A stretch of DNA of 64,000 nt, taken from NCBI GenBank assembly GCA_963718615.1, contig OY970368.1:3744001-3808000 (forward strand), given 5' to 3'. The DNA is from an uncultured cyanobacterium. Its GTDB lineage: Bacteria; Cyanobacteriota; Cyanobacteriia; PCC-9006; JAAUQQ01. Shown piece by piece: positions 49,097 through 61,864 of the stretch. Below the pieces are notes generated by a model. That model saw nothing but the letters and a program-made list of their open reading frames with translations. It was not told where the DNA came from and made no database searches. How positions within the stretch are numbered: position 1 is the first letter of the stretch; every line of letters begins with the position of its first letter. The translations under genes and the position numbers were made by a program.

Positions 49097-49630
49097 TTGA
49101 CTCCATCTGCGGGATGGTCTGGGGGATGGACGATAGGTTTAGTGCTGCTATTGTTGGCGCTGCTTTTAGGGGGGTGCGATCGCCCCCCAGAGCCTCCTCC
49201 AGATGCGGTAATCCCTGACCAAGGTGGCGTGACCCCAGCCCTCAACGACTATCTCCGGGAGCACAGTCTGGCTGAAGACAATTCCTTTGAGGTGGCCTAC
49301 GTCGAACTCAATCGGGACGCCCCTGCGGAGGCCCTGGTTTTGATGCAAGGGCTTGACTGGTGCAGTATTGGGGGGTGCACACTGCTGGTCTTTCGGGGTT
49401 TACCCGGTGGTTATTTTGAATTTCTCTCGCGCACCGACCATGTGCGCGAGCCCATCGTGGTCAGCGATCAATACACCCAAGGCTGGCGAGATTTGGTCGT
49501 GGGCACCCAAGTTCGCGATCGCCCCGAAGACGTCATCCTAGAATTTGCCACCTCTGGCTATCCCCCCACCGCGATCGCCGGTCAGGTCCTGCGGGGTCTC
49601 GCTACAGTTAAAGGGGAGCCAGTGTTTTGA
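49097..49630 (+). CDS. Putative lipoprotein (start uncertain)
   Basis: Hydrophobic stretch plus lipobox LGGC; WCSIGGCTLLV, GWRDLVV. Confidence 0.65.
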   Translation: MTPSAGWSGGWTIGLVLLLLALLLGGCDRPPEPPPDAVIPDQGGVTPALNDYLREHSLAEDNSFEVAYVELNRDAPAEALVLMQGLDWCSIGGCTLLVFRGLPGGYFEFLSRTDHVREPIVVSDQYTQGWRDLVVGTQVRDRPEDVILEFATSGYPPTAIAGQVLRGLATVKGEPVF

Positions 49631-50048
49631 GGCGATCGCGCACCGCCTCCACGGCCTCCCAGCACAGCCGCTCCCGCTGGGTATGGGCTGCCCCCAGGAG
49701 ATTTCCTTCAATGTCATAGACTTCTAAACAGCCTTCCCCTGGATCGAGCTGGGCATAGACCGCAAACGTGATATGTTCTCCCACCAGCAGCGTCGCACCA
49801 TAGAGGGAGTCTGCCCCAGCGGCAGCCAGGACATCTTGAGCCGCGTAGAAATCATAGGCAGCCAACATCTCTAAAGGCATCCCTTCTCGATTTTCCGACG
49901 CTTGCAGGTTGGGCATCGCGAAGGGTTCCAACGGCCCTCCCACCTGAAACAGCAGCAGGTCAGGGGCAGCCGCTTCATCTTGATCCGCAAAGAATTGTTG
50001 GAACTGAGCCTCGTAGGCTTGGCGAACAAAGTCTGTCAATTGAGTCAT
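49608..50048 (-). CDS. Hypothetical protein
   Basis: 146-aa ORF with plausible composition; no family recognised. Confidence 0.55.
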   Translation of the reverse strand: MTQLTDFVRQAYEAQFQQFFADQDEAAAPDLLLFQVGGPLEPFAMPNLQASENREGMPLEMLAAYDFYAAQDVLAAAGADSLYGATLLVGEHITFAVYAQLDPGEGCLEVYDIEGNLLGAAHTQRERLCWEAVEAVRDRLKTLAPL

Positions 50049-50225
50049 GGAATTCGGGAAATCCCAATGCAGTTTGAAATAAAGGATCCAACTAGAAAAT
50101 CGTCGAACGAGAAGATAGTCCGACTAGCAATCAGACCCGACCCCAAGGGCCAGCTTTCCCCAACCTAGCCCTTGGCTTCTACAAAACACAATGGCAATTT
50201 CCACAGGGTCTAGAGCTTGCCCCAT

Positions 50226-50981
50226 TCAGCAAGCTCCTTTTCGTTGCAAGACAGACCCAATCGTGAGCAGCAGGAGCCAGAGGTCATAGGCGCAAGTCCA
50301 GCGGTCTTGATAGCGTAGATCCAGGGCAACGATCGCCTCAAATTCGCTAATCTCAGAACGGCCTCGGGCTTGCCATTCCCCGGTAATTCCAGGTTTGACC
50401 CGCAACCGCTGCCAGTGATGGCGTTCGTAATGAATCACTTCATCCAGCATCGGCGGACGGGTTCCCACCAAGCTCATTTCCCCCCGGAGAACATTCCAAA
50501 ACTGGGGAAATTCATCTAGGCTCGTGCGCCGCAAAAAAGCGCCCACAGGGGTAATACGGGGATCGTCAGCATTCTTAAAGATGAGACCCTGAGCACAGTT
50601 GGGAACCTTCGCTTTCAGGCGATCGGCTCCAGCGACCATGGTTCTAAATTTCCAGATTCGGAAGGGTTTTCCATTGAGGCCACAGCGGATTTGGCTGTAG
50701 AAAATGGGGCCAGAACTATCCCAGGAAATGGCGATCGCCACAGGAATAAACATCAAGGCCACCAACCCCAACCCTAGCAACGCACCCAGAACATCGATCA
50801 AACGTTTACCCCAGCTTAGGGTTGAAGGATGGGGGGAACCAAACGCTCGGATAAACGCTTGGCCAACCCAGCTCTTCTCCGAGCCGCGCCGAGGCGACAA
50901 AAGATGTGGAGGGAGCAACGCAGCCCAGGAAGAGGTCGGCTGCGGACTAAAAGGAGAATTTGCCACAAGAACCTGGTGCAT
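50226..50981 (-). CDS. Bacterial sugar transferase (phosphoglycosyl transferase)
   Basis: [41 protein letters not shown]. Confidence 0.93.
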   Translation of the reverse strand: MHQVLVANSPFSPQPTSSWAALLPPHLLSPRRGSEKSWVGQAFIRAFGSPHPSTLSWGKRLIDVLGALLGLGLVALMFIPVAIAISWDSSGPIFYSQIRCGLNGKPFRIWKFRTMVAGADRLKAKVPNCAQGLIFKNADDPRITPVGAFLRRTSLDEFPQFWNVLRGEMSLVGTRPPMLDEVIHYERHHWQRLRVKPGITGEWQARGRSEISEFEAIVALDLRYQDRWTCAYDLWLLLLTIGSVLQRKGAC

Positions 50982-51496
50982 TCGTCCGAACTTGGATTAC
51001 TAACATCCTACAAATCGAAATTAATGCCTTTCCTAAAAACACGAAACACGGGTAACTTTTTAAGCTAAATGCAGGTTATGCGAACCTAAGTTAAAGTTTC
51101 TTTTTTATACAAACTAGGCAGAACAATACAGTCTATAGACTCTAAAAACTGACTCGATCTTCTACAAGAAGAATGAAATTTATCGAGCAGAAAATTGCTG
51201 CACCATGCCGATTGTTCTATGAAAATCGAGCACAGTTTGGACGAACGAAATCCGACCACTTTTTTATAGAATGCATCTCGATCATTCCCTAATTTTCATC
51301 AACATCACCAAATTCAACCCAAGTCTAACACTAAGACCCACTGTGACAGTCCATCTCTAGACGGAATCTTGACAGAACCTTGATATCTTGTTAGCCAAGA
51401 AAAACCTTAACCCCTTGACAAGGAAATCTAAAGCTGAGATTAAAGACCTCTTAACATCCACTTGCTAGTCTGCTTCCGACGGGTTAGGAAATTCCT

Positions 51497-52054
51497 TTGA
51501 ATACAATTTGGTTAACCGTACGCTTAGAGAGCTGGCACGGAATCCTGGCGGCACTCTTGTTGCTGGTGCTCGGGGATTTTATTTCAACTTTTCTCTATCA
51601 CGTTCCTGAGCATGTTTTCGGTAAGTTTCATAGCCTCGTTCATCACGGCAAAAATCGTAGTTTTATTCACTATGCTGTCCTCACCCGCAACCCAGTTGTG
51701 GTGCTAGATGGCTTTCTGGGGGCCTTGCCCTATTTCATTTTTATCCCCTGGCTCTGGCAACTTTCTCCCATCGGAACGCTGATTGGTTTGGCGCTGGGAG
51801 AATTTCATGTGGTGTGGCGACATATTACGGCGCTGGGGTGGATGACACCGGGCTGGGTGCAACGGTTGTGCACAGCCTGCTGGATCACGACGCCGGAACG
51901 TCACTGGATGCACCACGAGAACGCTAACCTAGCCTTTGGTGATATTTTTACGTTCTATGATGGACCGGCCCGCTGGTGGTTGCGATCGCTCCGCCTCCTC
52001 AAGCGGCGATATCGTCAGCAGCGACATGTTACAGCCTCCATTGGGCAGGTATAA
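51497..52054 (+). CDS. Sterol desaturase/fatty acid hydroxylase family protein
   Basis: His boxes YHVPEH, HSLVHH, HVVWRH, HWMHH. Confidence 0.8.
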   Translation: MNTIWLTVRLESWHGILAALLLLVLGDFISTFLYHVPEHVFGKFHSLVHHGKNRSFIHYAVLTRNPVVVLDGFLGALPYFIFIPWLWQLSPIGTLIGLALGEFHVVWRHITALGWMTPGWVQRLCTACWITTPERHWMHHENANLAFGDIFTFYDGPARWWLRSLRLLKRRYRQQRHVTASIGQV

Positions 52055-52087
52055 TCCAACGGATTGCCGCGATTAGCCCCTGCATCT

Positions 52088-52606
52088 ATGCGCTGGACTG
52101 AGAGAATTGAATCACTGAAAGCCGGACTCCTGGGGGCGATCGCCACAGGGACGGCTTTTGGTGTTTTGGAGGGAACCATGGCCCATCTGTTTCCCGGTGG
52201 CGTTGGCATTGGCGTAACAGCAGGATTGCCGCTGGTGCTGCGGTTGGGGATTGCGATCGCCTCAGGATTTCTCTTTGGGGTGACCTATCGCTACATTATT
52301 CGCCAGGATGACAGTACCCATTTAAAGTCCGGGGCGGTGTTGGCCTTTGGCCTGGTACGCGGCTTGGCCCAAGTGGAAGATCAGGGAGCGATAAGCCTCT
52401 CGGGGTTGAATGGCTCGGGGTTGAATGGCTCAGAGTTGAATGGCTTGGAATTAGCGGGGCTGGCGGGGCTGATGGATTGGCGACAGGGGGGGGCGATCGC
52501 GCTATTGCTGGGGGAAAGTTGGGTTTTGTTTGCGATCGCCCGATTAGTCCTAGACTTTAGCCTACGGCAGGGTTGGCTTCAGCCCTTTCAGGGGCTGTAC
52601 GATTAG
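52088..52606 (+). CDS. Conserved cyanobacterial membrane hypothetical protein
   Basis: ERIESLKAG, FLFGVTYRYIIR, HLKSGAVLAFGLVRGL. Confidence 0.7.
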   Translation: MRWTERIESLKAGLLGAIATGTAFGVLEGTMAHLFPGGVGIGVTAGLPLVLRLGIAIASGFLFGVTYRYIIRQDDSTHLKSGAVLAFGLVRGLAQVEDQGAISLSGLNGSGLNGSELNGLELAGLAGLMDWRQGGAIALLLGESWVLFAIARLVLDFSLRQGWLQPFQGLYD

Positions 52607-52648
52607 AGTCTTTTAGCAGTTCTTCACTAGCCGCAGTGGCTCAGACGC

Positions 52649-53620
52649 TCAGACGCTGATGGCGACTTTTCCTTGCACTTGGCGCTGTTCCAGATAGCGA
52701 ATGGCGGCGGGAACTTCACCCAGGGAATAGTAGCGGTCGATGCAGGGGGTAATTTTACCGGTTTCAATCAGAGCTTTTAACGTCATCAAATCCGCTGGGT
52801 TGGGTTTTGAGACCAAAGACTTGACACGACGTTGACTCTTCCGAGTCATCCAGGCTCCAAACAACATCGCTTGAAAAAGCCGCACCGTAGACCCTCCGAC
52901 CACGACGTAGGTCCCCTCCGGTGTCAAGGCAGGCAGAAAATCAGCGCAGGAACGATAGGCGGCAGTATCCAGAATCAGGTCATACTGCTGCCCCGTTTGG
53001 GTGCAGTCAACCTGGGTGGAATCAATGACGTGGTCTGCACCGAGCGATCGCACCCTTTCCACTTTCTGGGTCCTGCAAACGCCCGTCACCTCAGCCCCAA
53101 ACGCTTTCGCAATTTGCACTGCAAAGGAGCCCACCCCGCCAGCGGCACCGTGGATCAACACCTTTTGCCCAGACTGAATTTGCCCCAGATCCCGCAGGCC
53201 CTGGAGAGCTGCAAGGGCAGACACCGGAACCGTTGCCGCTTCCTCGAAGGTGAGGGTGGTTGGCTTATAGGCCAAGGCTTTTTCAGGTACAGAAACATAT
53301 TCGGCAAACGCCCCAAAACCCACTTCGGACAGGTCCCCAAAGACCTCATCGCCGGGTCGAAACTGTGTCACATCTTTCCCAACGGCTTCAACCCGTCCGG
53401 CCATATCAGTGCCAAGGATCTGGATTTTGGGTTTGAGCAATCCTCCGAAGATCAAACGAATGAGAAACGGTTCTCCCCGCATAAGATGCCAGTCACCGGC
53501 ATGGATGGCAGTCCCATGGACGCGCACCAGCACCTGATTATCCTGAACGACGGGTTGATCGACTTCCTCTAATCTCAAGACATCCGGCGGGCCATATTGG
53601 GTTTGGACAATAGCTTTCAT
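52649..53620 (-). CDS. NAD(P)-dependent alcohol dehydrogenase (MDR family)
   Basis: YGPPDVL, GAFAEY, GAAGGVGSFAVQ, GKVAI. Confidence 0.92.
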   Translation of the reverse strand: MKAIVQTQYGPPDVLRLEEVDQPVVQDNQVLVRVHGTAIHAGDWHLMRGEPFLIRLIFGGLLKPKIQILGTDMAGRVEAVGKDVTQFRPGDEVFGDLSEVGFGAFAEYVSVPEKALAYKPTTLTFEEAATVPVSALAALQGLRDLGQIQSGQKVLIHGAAGGVGSFAVQIAKAFGAEVTGVCRTQKVERVRSLGADHVIDSTQVDCTQTGQQYDLILDTAAYRSCADFLPALTPEGTYVVVGGSTVRLFQAMLFGAWMTRKSQRRVKSLVSKPNPADLMTLKALIETGKITPCIDRYYSLGEVPAAIRYLEQRQVQGKVAISV

Positions 53621-53713
53621 TGAATTGACTTTTCCAAATTCAACTTATCACCGTAAGCTTAGCAGTTGTGACAGCATCCTAGTCTCCTGGTTACCCGTGA
53701 AGGAATGCTGCAC

Positions 53714-53742
53714 AAAAAAAGGGACGAGCGCTTGCCCATCCC
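53714..53742 (-). terminator. Rho-independent terminator of glsF
   Basis: Minus strand GGGATGGGC-AAGC-GCTCGTCCC-TTTTTTT downstream of the glsF stop. Confidence 0.8.
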
Positions 53743-53810
53743 GATCGCAATTTATTCCAGGTTAGTTTAGACAGGTTAGTTCAGACGAGATCAGGCTAAT
53801 CGTTCAGCCC

Positions 53811-56800
53811 TTAAGCCGACGCCATCACCTTCGCCACCTCGGCATTGGCATAAGCTGATTCAGCTTCCGAAGGGGGAACCACCTGCCAGAACTGGGGCAA
53901 ATAGTTACTCCAGTTGGTTAGGATCTGCTTCGCCTTCAAGCTACCTGTATGGGCTGCATGCTGCGTGATCAACTCCTTGAGCTGCACCTCGCCTGCTGCT
54001 GTAATCACCCGCTGCACCTTGACAATTTCAGGATTCACCTTGGTTTGGAAGGAGCCATCCTCATCTAAGAAGTAGGCCAAACCGCCGGTCATCCCAGCCC
54101 CTACATTGCGACCCACTCGGCCTAGAACCACAATGGTGCCACCGGTCATGTATTCGCAACAGTGGTCGCCGGTTCCTTCTACAACCGCTTCGCCCTTGGA
54201 ATTTCGCACCGCAAAGCGCTCGCCGGCCCGACCATTGGCAAAGAGCTTACCCCCCGTGGCACCGTAGAGGCAGGTATTGCCGACGATGACGTTATCCGCT
54301 GCCGCGTAGCCTGCATCAACAAAGGGCTTGATGACGATTTCGCCGCCGTTCATCCCCTTGCCCACGTAGTCATTGGCCTCACCCACTAGGGTCAGGGTCA
54401 TGCCAGCCAAGTTGAAGGCACCAAAGCTTTGACCCGCAGCACCTGTAAACGTCAGGTCGAGTTTGCCTTGGAATCCAGTATTGCCATAGCGTTGGGCAAT
54501 GACCCCTGCGACGCGGGCACCTGTGGTTCGGTCAGTGTTGATGATTTTGTAGGTTTTGGCGATCGCCCCCTGTCCCCCAATTGCCGCCTGAATCTCCGCA
54601 TCCGCCAACAGGTCGTCATCCAACACCGGCCCGTTGCTGTGAACCCCCGGATGGGAGAGCCAGCTCCGGTTCGTTGTAGAATCGGGCATGTGAGTGGTCA
54701 TGCAATCAAGATTGAGCATCGCCGTTTTGCTGAGCTCTACCTCAGCACGGGGTACCAGCAGATCGGCGCGACCGATGATGTCTTCTAGGTTGTGATAGCC
54801 CAGGGTGGCGAGAAGTTGCCGGACTTCTTGACCAATAAACAGGAAGAAGTTGACCACGCGATCGGGAATGCCAGGGAAGCGTTTGCGTAGATCTTCCCGC
54901 TGGGTTGCGACCCCAACCGGGCAGGTGTTCATGTGACAGACGCGGGCCATGATGCAGCCTTCGGCGATCATCGCGATCGATCCAAAGCCAAATTCCTCTG
55001 CACCCATAAGCGCCCCCATCACTACGTCCCAGCCGGTTTTGAAACCGCCATCGACCCGCAGCAGGACGCGATCGCGCAGACCATTGGTCATCAACACTCG
55101 ATGGACTTCCGTCAGACCCAATTCCCAGGGACCCCCCGCATGTTTAATCGAGCTCAGCGGTGACGCACCGGTACCGCCATCGTGACCGGAAATCTGGATG
55201 ACATCGGCGTTCGCCTTGGCGACGCCAGCGGCGACGGTACCGATGCCAATTTCCGAGACGAGTTTGACTGAAACCGCTGCCTTGGGATTGATCTGGTGCA
55301 AATCAAAGATCAATTGGGCCAGATCTTCGATGGAGTAAATGTCGTGGTGGGGCGGCGGCGAAATCAGCGTGACACCGGGCTTAGAGTTGCGCAGGTAGGC
55401 AATGTAGTCGCTGACTTTAATGCCAGGAAGTTGCCCCCCTTCGCCGGGTTTGGCCCCTTGGGCGATTTTGATTTCTAGCTGTCGGGCACTCATCAGGTAT
55501 TCCGGCGTGACGCCAAACCGTCCCGAGGCAATTTGTTTAATCGCCGAGCTGGCGGTATCGCCTACTTTCAAGCCATTAAGGTGGGGCAGCGCGGGGGAGT
55601 GACCTTCGCTGTCTACGTCATGGAGCACTTGGAACCGCACCGGGTCCTCGCCGCCTTCGCCGGAGTTGGATTTGCCGCCGAGACGATTCATGGCGATCGC
55701 CAACACCTCATGGGCCTCCCGCGAGAGGGAACCGAGGGACATCCCGCCGGTACAGAAACGCTTGACAATATCCGCGACGGATTCGACTTCTTCTAGGGGA
55801 AGGGGGGGGCGATCGCTCTCAAACTCCAGCAAATCCCGCAGGGCCGTGGGTGTCCGACCTACCAAGTAATTCTTATAAATCTCGTAGTGGTCTGCATTAC
55901 TGGGGTTTTCCACCGCCTTGTGGAGCGCCTTGGCCATGGGGCCAGAGTTCATGTGATACTCGCCGCCTTTTTTGTACTGGACAAAGCCAAAGTTCTCCAG
56001 CTTTTTCTGCTCCAGTTCCGGGAAGGCGCGGGCGTGGAATTGCAGGGTTTCCTGGGCTAAGTCGGCGATGCTCAGTCCGCCCAGACGAGAGGCCGTCCCC
56101 CGGAAGCCCAGCTCTAGCAAATCAGGGCCAATGCCGATGGCCTCAAAAATCTGCGCCGCCTGATAGCTGGCCAAGAGTGAAATCCCCATTTTCGAGAGAA
56201 TCTTGAGCAAGCCCGCTTCGACGGATTTCTTGAAGTTGTATTGGGCACCTTCCAGCGTCGCAACCCCCAGGGTGCCGTTTTCCAGCGCCGTTTGGGTTTT
56301 CTTGCTGTGCCACCAGTGGCGAACACTTTCTAGGGCCAGATAAGGACAGACGGCGCTCGCACCGTAGCCAATCAAACAGGCAAAGTGATGGGTGCTCCAA
56401 GCCTGGGCCGTTTCGACCACGAGGGAGGTTTTCATCCGTAGCCCCTGCTGGATCAGATGGTGGTGGACTGCGCCAACGGCGAGCAGCGGGGGAATGTAGG
56501 TTTCGTCTGCGCCGACGCGGGTGTCGTGGCGATCGCTCAAAATCAAAATTTCCTGACCCGCTTTCACCGCCGCCACCGCCGAGGCACAGAGCGCTGCAAC
56601 GGCCTTTTGTAACCCAGCGGTCCCCTGGGTGAGGGTATAAATCGTCGACAGATTGGCCACCGCAAATCCAGACTGGCGGAGCTGAAGCAACTCTGCCTCG
56701 TTCAAAAACGGCGTCTCTAGCTTGAGCAACCGGGCATCTTCCGGTCCCATTTCCAGCAGATTATGCCGTCGGCCTAGGCTCATCTCCAAGGACATCACCA

Positions 56801-58466
56801 GACTTTCCCGCAGGGGGTCAATCGGTGGATTCGTCACCTGGGCAAACCGCTGTTTGAAATAGTCGTAGAGCAGACGCGGCTTCGTCGAGAGTACCGCCAG
56901 GGGAATGTCATCCCCCATGCAGAACGTCGGCTCCTTACCACTCTCCGCCATAGAATTAATCACCATGTCCACATCTTCAGCGGTAAAGCCAAAGGCGGTT
57001 TGTTGGCGCAGGAGTTCGGTTTCAGCCAGTTGGCGCTCTCCCGCAAATCCCTGAGTGACCAGACTCTTGCGTCCCAACCGCAGCCATTCCCCATAGGGCT
57101 GCGCCGCCGCCACCTGCTGTTTCACATCCCAATTGCGCAGGACTTGGCAAGTCGTCAGATCAAAGGCAATCATCTGCCCCGGTCCCAAACGACCCTTTTC
57201 GATGATTTCGCTATGGGGCAAATCGACGACCCCAGCCTCAGACCCCACGGAAATATAGCCATCGCGGGTAATGCTGTAGCGAGCCGGACGCAAACCATTG
57301 CGATCTAGCGTCGCCCCAACGATTTTGCCATCGCAGAACGACAGCAAGGCGGGACCATCCCAGGCCTCCTGTAGCCCACTGTAATACTCGTAAAAATCAG
57401 TGATTTCGGGGTAATTCGCTAAATCCGGCTGATTGCGAAACGCCTCAGGGACCAAAATCATCAACGACTCTACCGGACTCCGACCCGATCGCACCAAGAG
57501 TTCCAGGGAATTGTCTAGATTGGCCGAATCGCTACTCTCGGCATTGACGATGGGCAGCAATTCTTGAATGCGATCGCCCCAACAGGAATGGGCCAGATCC
57601 GCCTGCCGCGCCGTCATCCAGTTGATATTGCCCAGGAGCGTATTAATTTCACCGTTGTGCCCCAACAACCGCATGGGCTGAGCTAAGGGCCACTTGGGCA
57701 TCGTGTTCGTGCTAAAGCGACGGTGATAGACCGCATAGGCACTGGTGTAGTGGGGGTTCTGCAAATCCAGATAAAACTCGCCCAGGACCGCCGATCGCAC
57801 CATGCCCTTATAGACAATCGTGCGACTGGAGAAGGAGCAAAAATAGAAATCTTGCAAGAAGTCATCACAGCCGTCTGCGGGACAGCGATCGCGTGCGCCC
57901 TTCTCGATGTGCTTGCGCAGTTGATAGAGCGATCGCTCCAGCTCATCCCCCGTCACCCCCAACGCCGCTGCATCGACAATGACTTGCTCAATTTGGGGCA
58001 GGTTTTCACGGGCTTGAATGCCCAGGACTTCCGGGTTGGTGGGGAGCGATCGCCAACCCAACAGCGTCATCCCCAACGCCTGGACCTCATCCGCGACAAT
58101 TTGCTTCGCCAGGGCCATCGCTGCATCATCCTGGGGCAAAAAGACCATCCCAACCCCCACTGTTTCGGGGTTCAGCGTCACCCCCGCCGCCACCGCCCAA
58201 TCCCCCAGCAGCGTCCAGGGCAAGGCCGTCATAATCCCGGCCCCATCCCCCGAATCCTGATCCGCGCTACAGCCCCCCCGGTGTTCCATGCAAGACAGTG
58301 CAATCAGGGTTTTTTGCACCAGATCGTGGCTAGCACGGCCCTGCTGATCGGCAATAAATCCGACCCCGCAGGCATCCCGCTCTTCCACCAGCCACCGCTG
58401 ACCGCCATAGCCTGCTGCTGAACTCTTGTGATGAACCCGGCTGTCATTCATGCTTTTCTTCACCAT
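53811..58466 (-). CDS. glsF: Ferredoxin-dependent glutamate synthase
   Basis: ERDACGVGF (Ntn Cys), [45 protein letters not shown]; no gltD small-subunit gene adjacent. Confidence 0.95.
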   Translation of the reverse strand: MVKKSMNDSRVHHKSSAAGYGGQRWLVEERDACGVGFIADQQGRASHDLVQKTLIALSCMEHRGGCSADQDSGDGAGIMTALPWTLLGDWAVAAGVTLNPETVGVGMVFLPQDDAAMALAKQIVADEVQALGMTLLGWRSLPTNPEVLGIQARENLPQIEQVIVDAAALGVTGDELERSLYQLRKHIEKGARDRCPADGCDDFLQDFYFCSFSSRTIVYKGMVRSAVLGEFYLDLQNPHYTSAYAVYHRRFSTNTMPKWPLAQPMRLLGHNGEINTLLGNINWMTARQADLAHSCWGDRIQELLPIVNAESSDSANLDNSLELLVRSGRSPVESLMILVPEAFRNQPDLANYPEITDFYEYYSGLQEAWDGPALLSFCDGKIVGATLDRNGLRPARYSITRDGYISVGSEAGVVDLPHSEIIEKGRLGPGQMIAFDLTTCQVLRNWDVKQQVAAAQPYGEWLRLGRKSLVTQGFAGERQLAETELLRQQTAFGFTAEDVDMVINSMAESGKEPTFCMGDDIPLAVLSTKPRLLYDYFKQRFAQVTNPPIDPLRESLVMSLEMSLGRRHNLLEMGPEDARLLKLETPFLNEAELLQLRQSGFAVANLSTIYTLTQGTAGLQKAVAALCASAVAAVKAGQEILILSDRHDTRVGADETYIPPLLAVGAVHHHLIQQGLRMKTSLVVETAQAWSTHHFACLIGYGASAVCPYLALESVRHWWHSKKTQTALENGTLGVATLEGAQYNFKKSVEAGLLKILSKMGISLLASYQAAQIFEAIGIGPDLLELGFRGTASRLGGLSIADLAQETLQFHARAFPELEQKKLENFGFVQYKKGGEYHMNSGPMAKALHKAVENPSNADHYEIYKNYLVGRTPTALRDLLEFESDRPPLPLEEVESVADIVKRFCTGGMSLGSLSREAHEVLAIAMNRLGGKSNSGEGGEDPVRFQVLHDVDSEGHSPALPHLNGLKVGDTASSAIKQIASGRFGVTPEYLMSARQLEIKIAQGAKPGEGGQLPGIKVSDYIAYLRNSKPGVTLISPPPHHDIYSIEDLAQLIFDLHQINPKAAVSVKLVSEIGIGTVAAGVAKANADVIQISGHDGGTGASPLSSIKHAGGPWELGLTEVHRVLMTNGLRDRVLLRVDGGFKTGWDVVMGALMGAEEFGFGSIAMIAEGCIMARVCHMNTCPVGVATQREDLRKRFPGIPDRVVNFFLFIGQEVRQLLATLGYHNLEDIIGRADLLVPRAEVELSKTAMLNLDCMTTHMPDSTTNRSWLSHPGVHSNGPVLDDDLLADAEIQAAIGGQGAIAKTYKIINTDRTTGARVAGVIAQRYGNTGFQGKLDLTFTGAAGQSFGAFNLAGMTLTLVGEANDYVGKGMNGGEIVIKPFVDAGYAAADNVIVGNTCLYGATGGKLFANGRAGERFAVRNSKGEAVVEGTGDHCCEYMTGGTIVVLGRVGRNVGAGMTGGLAYFLDEDGSFQTKVNPEIVKVQRVITAAGEVQLKELITQHAAHTGSLKAKQILTNWSNYLPQFWQVVPPSEAESAYANAEVAKVMASA

Positions 58467-59297
58467 GGGATGGTCCGAAACAATGTGATTTTCTAGGTAA
58501 TAAACCTTCTAGTCTTAGGTCTAGAAAGAAGCTAAAAAGGAACAAGAAGCCTATCGATTTTTTGGAAAAGCCAACGATGGGAGATCTTCTGAGATCTTTC
58601 TTAAAAAATCCACCCAAGGCTCAAACCAGCGATTAGGATACAAACGGTACTGAACCGGTCCTGAATGAGTACTGACTGAAATGAGTCAGCAATACGCCCC
58701 TCTTGAGTATTAAACTGGGCGCTCGACCTCACTGTAAGCTAGGCCAGTAAGCACTTCCGCATCAATCCCGACCGTTGAGGCCAAAAGCGGCGATACAAAA
58801 AACGACACAAAAGTGATGCCGTCGGGCGATCGCGGCAGCGCTGGCAACCCAAGAATCCAGTTGGTCAAACCAGTTGGGCAAAATATTAGCGATGGGCAAA
58901 TTGAGGATTTTAGATCTCTCTTTCAATCATAGACAAAACAACCTGAGCCGGGCTATTTTGCTTCAGGATTGACCTCGGACTCTAATATTTTTCAACGGGT
59001 TTTCGATTGACGTAAGGGAAAAAATCATATCGGAAATTCCTGCGGCTGACAATGCGGCAAAATCCCACGGAGATATCACAAAGCAATGGGGTGAATCCCG
59101 TGCCTAAGAACTTTCAGGGCTTGAGCGTCGTCATCCCGAAACAGCCCTCCGTAGCTTTGACATTGGCAATGGTACGAAACCCTACAGACAAGACTTTGAT
59201 TCGCCCCATAGAAGATTTCAGTCCAGTCGACTACATTGAACGCTCCTGCCAGGGGTCTCTGTCCAGGAATGCTCGTTTACCGCTAGTGAGATACCGT

Positions 59298-60962
59298 ATG
59301 GTGCGTTTTGGTTTTGGCATCGTTTCGGCGATCTTTGCAAGCCTCCCCTTAGCCGCTTGGGGGCAATCGCAACCCGATTCGGCTCCGGATTCCACTTTGT
59401 CTCCGTCTAATTCTTCGAGTCCTGACGCTTCTTCCCCGCCTGCCAAACCACCCCTGACCTTTCCGTTGCGACCCTTGACGCCAACCCCAGGCAGCAACAG
59501 CAATCAGGTGGTGGTCAATGGTATTCGCTTTGCGATTCCCTGGACCCAGGGAGGGAGCAAGTTCTGGGGCCTGAGCGACACGGGCATAGAACAGCTCGGC
59601 GGCATTGAATTACTCAACAGCGATGATCCAGCTATTCAGCCGATTATCTGGAAAAGTGGCCTATTTCAGGAAAATGGACTCTTTTTGGAGCTTCCGGCAG
59701 AGCAAACGGGCCAAGTTCGCTATCTCAATCTTCAGCCCCTCATCGATCAGGCCGGTTGGACCCTTCAGCGCCAGGGCAACCTGCTGCAAATTCAGACGCC
59801 CTCAATTTTGCACACCGTCAATCTTTTACCCGGTCATTCTCAGCGCCCGTCCTTTAGCCCTCGCCAAATTACCTGGGCTAAGGGCCTGCAATGGATCCAG
59901 AGCTATCAGCGGGTCGGTGGAGCCGAGTTTCCGGTCACACAAGTCCAGATCGACCTCCAGGAGCCAGGACTGCAACTTCGGCCTATTTGGTCAGATGAAG
60001 CCAATCTAGTGGGAATTAGCCGATTGGATGCCACGGTTGCACAGCAGGAGGCCGCCGTCGGGATTAATGGAGGCTTTTTTAATCGCAACAACAAAACACC
60101 GCTTGGGGCGATTCGTCGAGACGGAGAGTGGGTTTCCGGTCCAGTCCTCAACCGGGGGGTAATGGGATGGAATGCAGCAGGCCAAATCGTCATGGACCGG
60201 CTCATTTTGCAAGAAACCCTCACCACACCAACGGGAACCTTTGCAAGCATTGCCCTCAACAGCGGCTATGTCAAAGCCGGTTTTTCTCGGTACACACCGC
60301 TCTGGGGCAAGACCTATACGCCTTTGACAGACAATGAAGTGCTGATTTATGTCGAGACGGAGGGAGAGGGCGATCGCCTCGGTCGCGTCGTGGAACAACG
60401 TCTCACCGGCAAAGCCGGAACCGAAAGCTTCCCCATTTTGTCGAGCACCTTGTCCAGAACCCTCTCCCAGAGCGGTCAAGGCTATCTCCTCGTAGCCCGC
60501 TCCAATCGCACCGGAGCCGCCCAATTCCCCATAGGCACCACGGTTCAACTCAGCCAGCAGCTCTCTTCTAGCCATCTCAGCCGGTTTCCTGAAATTTTGG
60601 GAGCAGGTCCCCTTCTCCTCCAAAACCGACGGGTGGTTCTAGATGCCAAGGCCGAAGGCTTTAGTCCAGCGTTCATCCGTGAACAGGCCCCCCGCAGCGT
60701 TGCCGCAGTCTTTCCCAATGGACGTTTTTCCCTAATCACCGTTCATGAACGCATTGGAGGTAAAGGACCAACCTTGGCCGAGTTAGCTCGTCTTCTGCAA
60801 GCCATGGGAGCCGTACAGGCCCTCAATCTGGATGGGGGCAGCTCAACCCAACTGATTCTGGGAGGCCAAATGATCAATCGCCCTCCTAGCACTGCCGCAC
60901 GCGTTCACAACGGACTCGGTGTGTTCTTGCCCCAGACAGTCCCCTCCGAGGCTCTCCCGTAA
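59298..60962 (+). CDS. Phosphodiester glycosidase (NAGPA) family secreted protein
   Basis: Signal peptide; GINGGFF, GAGPLL, APRS, ALNLDGGSST. Confidence 0.88.
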   Translation: MVRFGFGIVSAIFASLPLAAWGQSQPDSAPDSTLSPSNSSSPDASSPPAKPPLTFPLRPLTPTPGSNSNQVVVNGIRFAIPWTQGGSKFWGLSDTGIEQLGGIELLNSDDPAIQPIIWKSGLFQENGLFLELPAEQTGQVRYLNLQPLIDQAGWTLQRQGNLLQIQTPSILHTVNLLPGHSQRPSFSPRQITWAKGLQWIQSYQRVGGAEFPVTQVQIDLQEPGLQLRPIWSDEANLVGISRLDATVAQQEAAVGINGGFFNRNNKTPLGAIRRDGEWVSGPVLNRGVMGWNAAGQIVMDRLILQETLTTPTGTFASIALNSGYVKAGFSRYTPLWGKTYTPLTDNEVLIYVETEGEGDRLGRVVEQRLTGKAGTESFPILSSTLSRTLSQSGQGYLLVARSNRTGAAQFPIGTTVQLSQQLSSSHLSRFPEILGAGPLLLQNRRVVLDAKAEGFSPAFIREQAPRSVAAVFPNGRFSLITVHERIGGKGPTLAELARLLQAMGAVQALNLDGGSSTQLILGGQMINRPPSTAARVHNGLGVFLPQTVPSEALP

Positions 60963-61224
60963 ACTGCTTAACGCCCAGGGGAGAGAAAACATTTCGGAAA
61001 ATTTAGATACTAGTTTTCACGGAATTGGGTTAAGAGTCCTTGAAGTGTTTGAGCAGTTTGGTAAAGAGTCAGTACAGTTAGGGGTTTTGCCGTTTCATCT
61101 CCCCATCAAGAAGGCCACAATAGCGGGGAAGCAGGTTGAGCCTGACGGCACCCACATCAGTCATCCCAAACCTGCTTTCTCACCTTTATTCTTGCTCATA
61201 CAGACCTTACTAAGGAGTCCTTCC

Positions 61225-61635
61225 GTGGTTCAAGCGCAAACCGTTCCGACCTCTCCCAAGCTGGTTCTCCCTGCTGTTGCACCGGGCACGATCGCAGCCA
61301 CCGAGCTGCGCCCCTGGGGCTCATTCACCATTTTGGAAGAAGGACGCGGCTATAAAATCAAGCGTATTGAAGTGAAGCCTGGACATCGCCTCAGCTTGCA
61401 AATGCATCACCACCGCAGCGAGCATTGGATTGTTGTCTCAGGGACCGCACGGGTCACCTGTGGCGATGAGAACAAGTTGCTGAGTAGCAACCAATCCACC
61501 TATGTTCCCGCTTGCACGCCCCATCGCCTTGAGAATCCAGGCGTTCTGCCCCTCATTCTGATCGAGGTCCAAAACGGAGAATATTTGGGGGAAGATGACA
61601 TCGTTCGCTATCAAGATGATTATTCTCGGGAGTAA
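61225..61635 (+). CDS. Cupin, phosphomannose isomerase type II C-terminal domain protein
   Basis: RPWG, LSLQMHHHRSEHW, HRLENPG, EVQNGEYLGEDDIVR; AAGGAG RBS before GTG. Confidence 0.9.
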   Translation: MVQAQTVPTSPKLVLPAVAPGTIAATELRPWGSFTILEEGRGYKIKRIEVKPGHRLSLQMHHHRSEHWIVVSGTARVTCGDENKLLSSNQSTYVPACTPHRLENPGVLPLILIEVQNGEYLGEDDIVRYQDDYSRE

Positions 61636-61864
61636 ATCCTCTTTAGCCCCTAGGGAAAAAGTTGAGCCATGAGTTGAGCCATGAGTTGATCCCTGGGGTG
61701 TTTTAGAAATCTTTCTGCCTTTTCTTGTCCACGAATCGGTTACAGTCCGTAGCCAACTCGTGGATTTTTAGGTTGATGAGGACATTGGTTTAGGCACGGT
61801 CCAGGCTTTATGATGCAAGGGCCTGATTGCTCTCTTACTCACCATAATCAACGCAAGAAACACC

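Noticed and set aside
58467-59297. Long region upstream of glsF as NtcA site or glutamine riboswitch
   Set aside because: I found no GTA-N8-TAC box or recognisable glnA-motif sequence by eye
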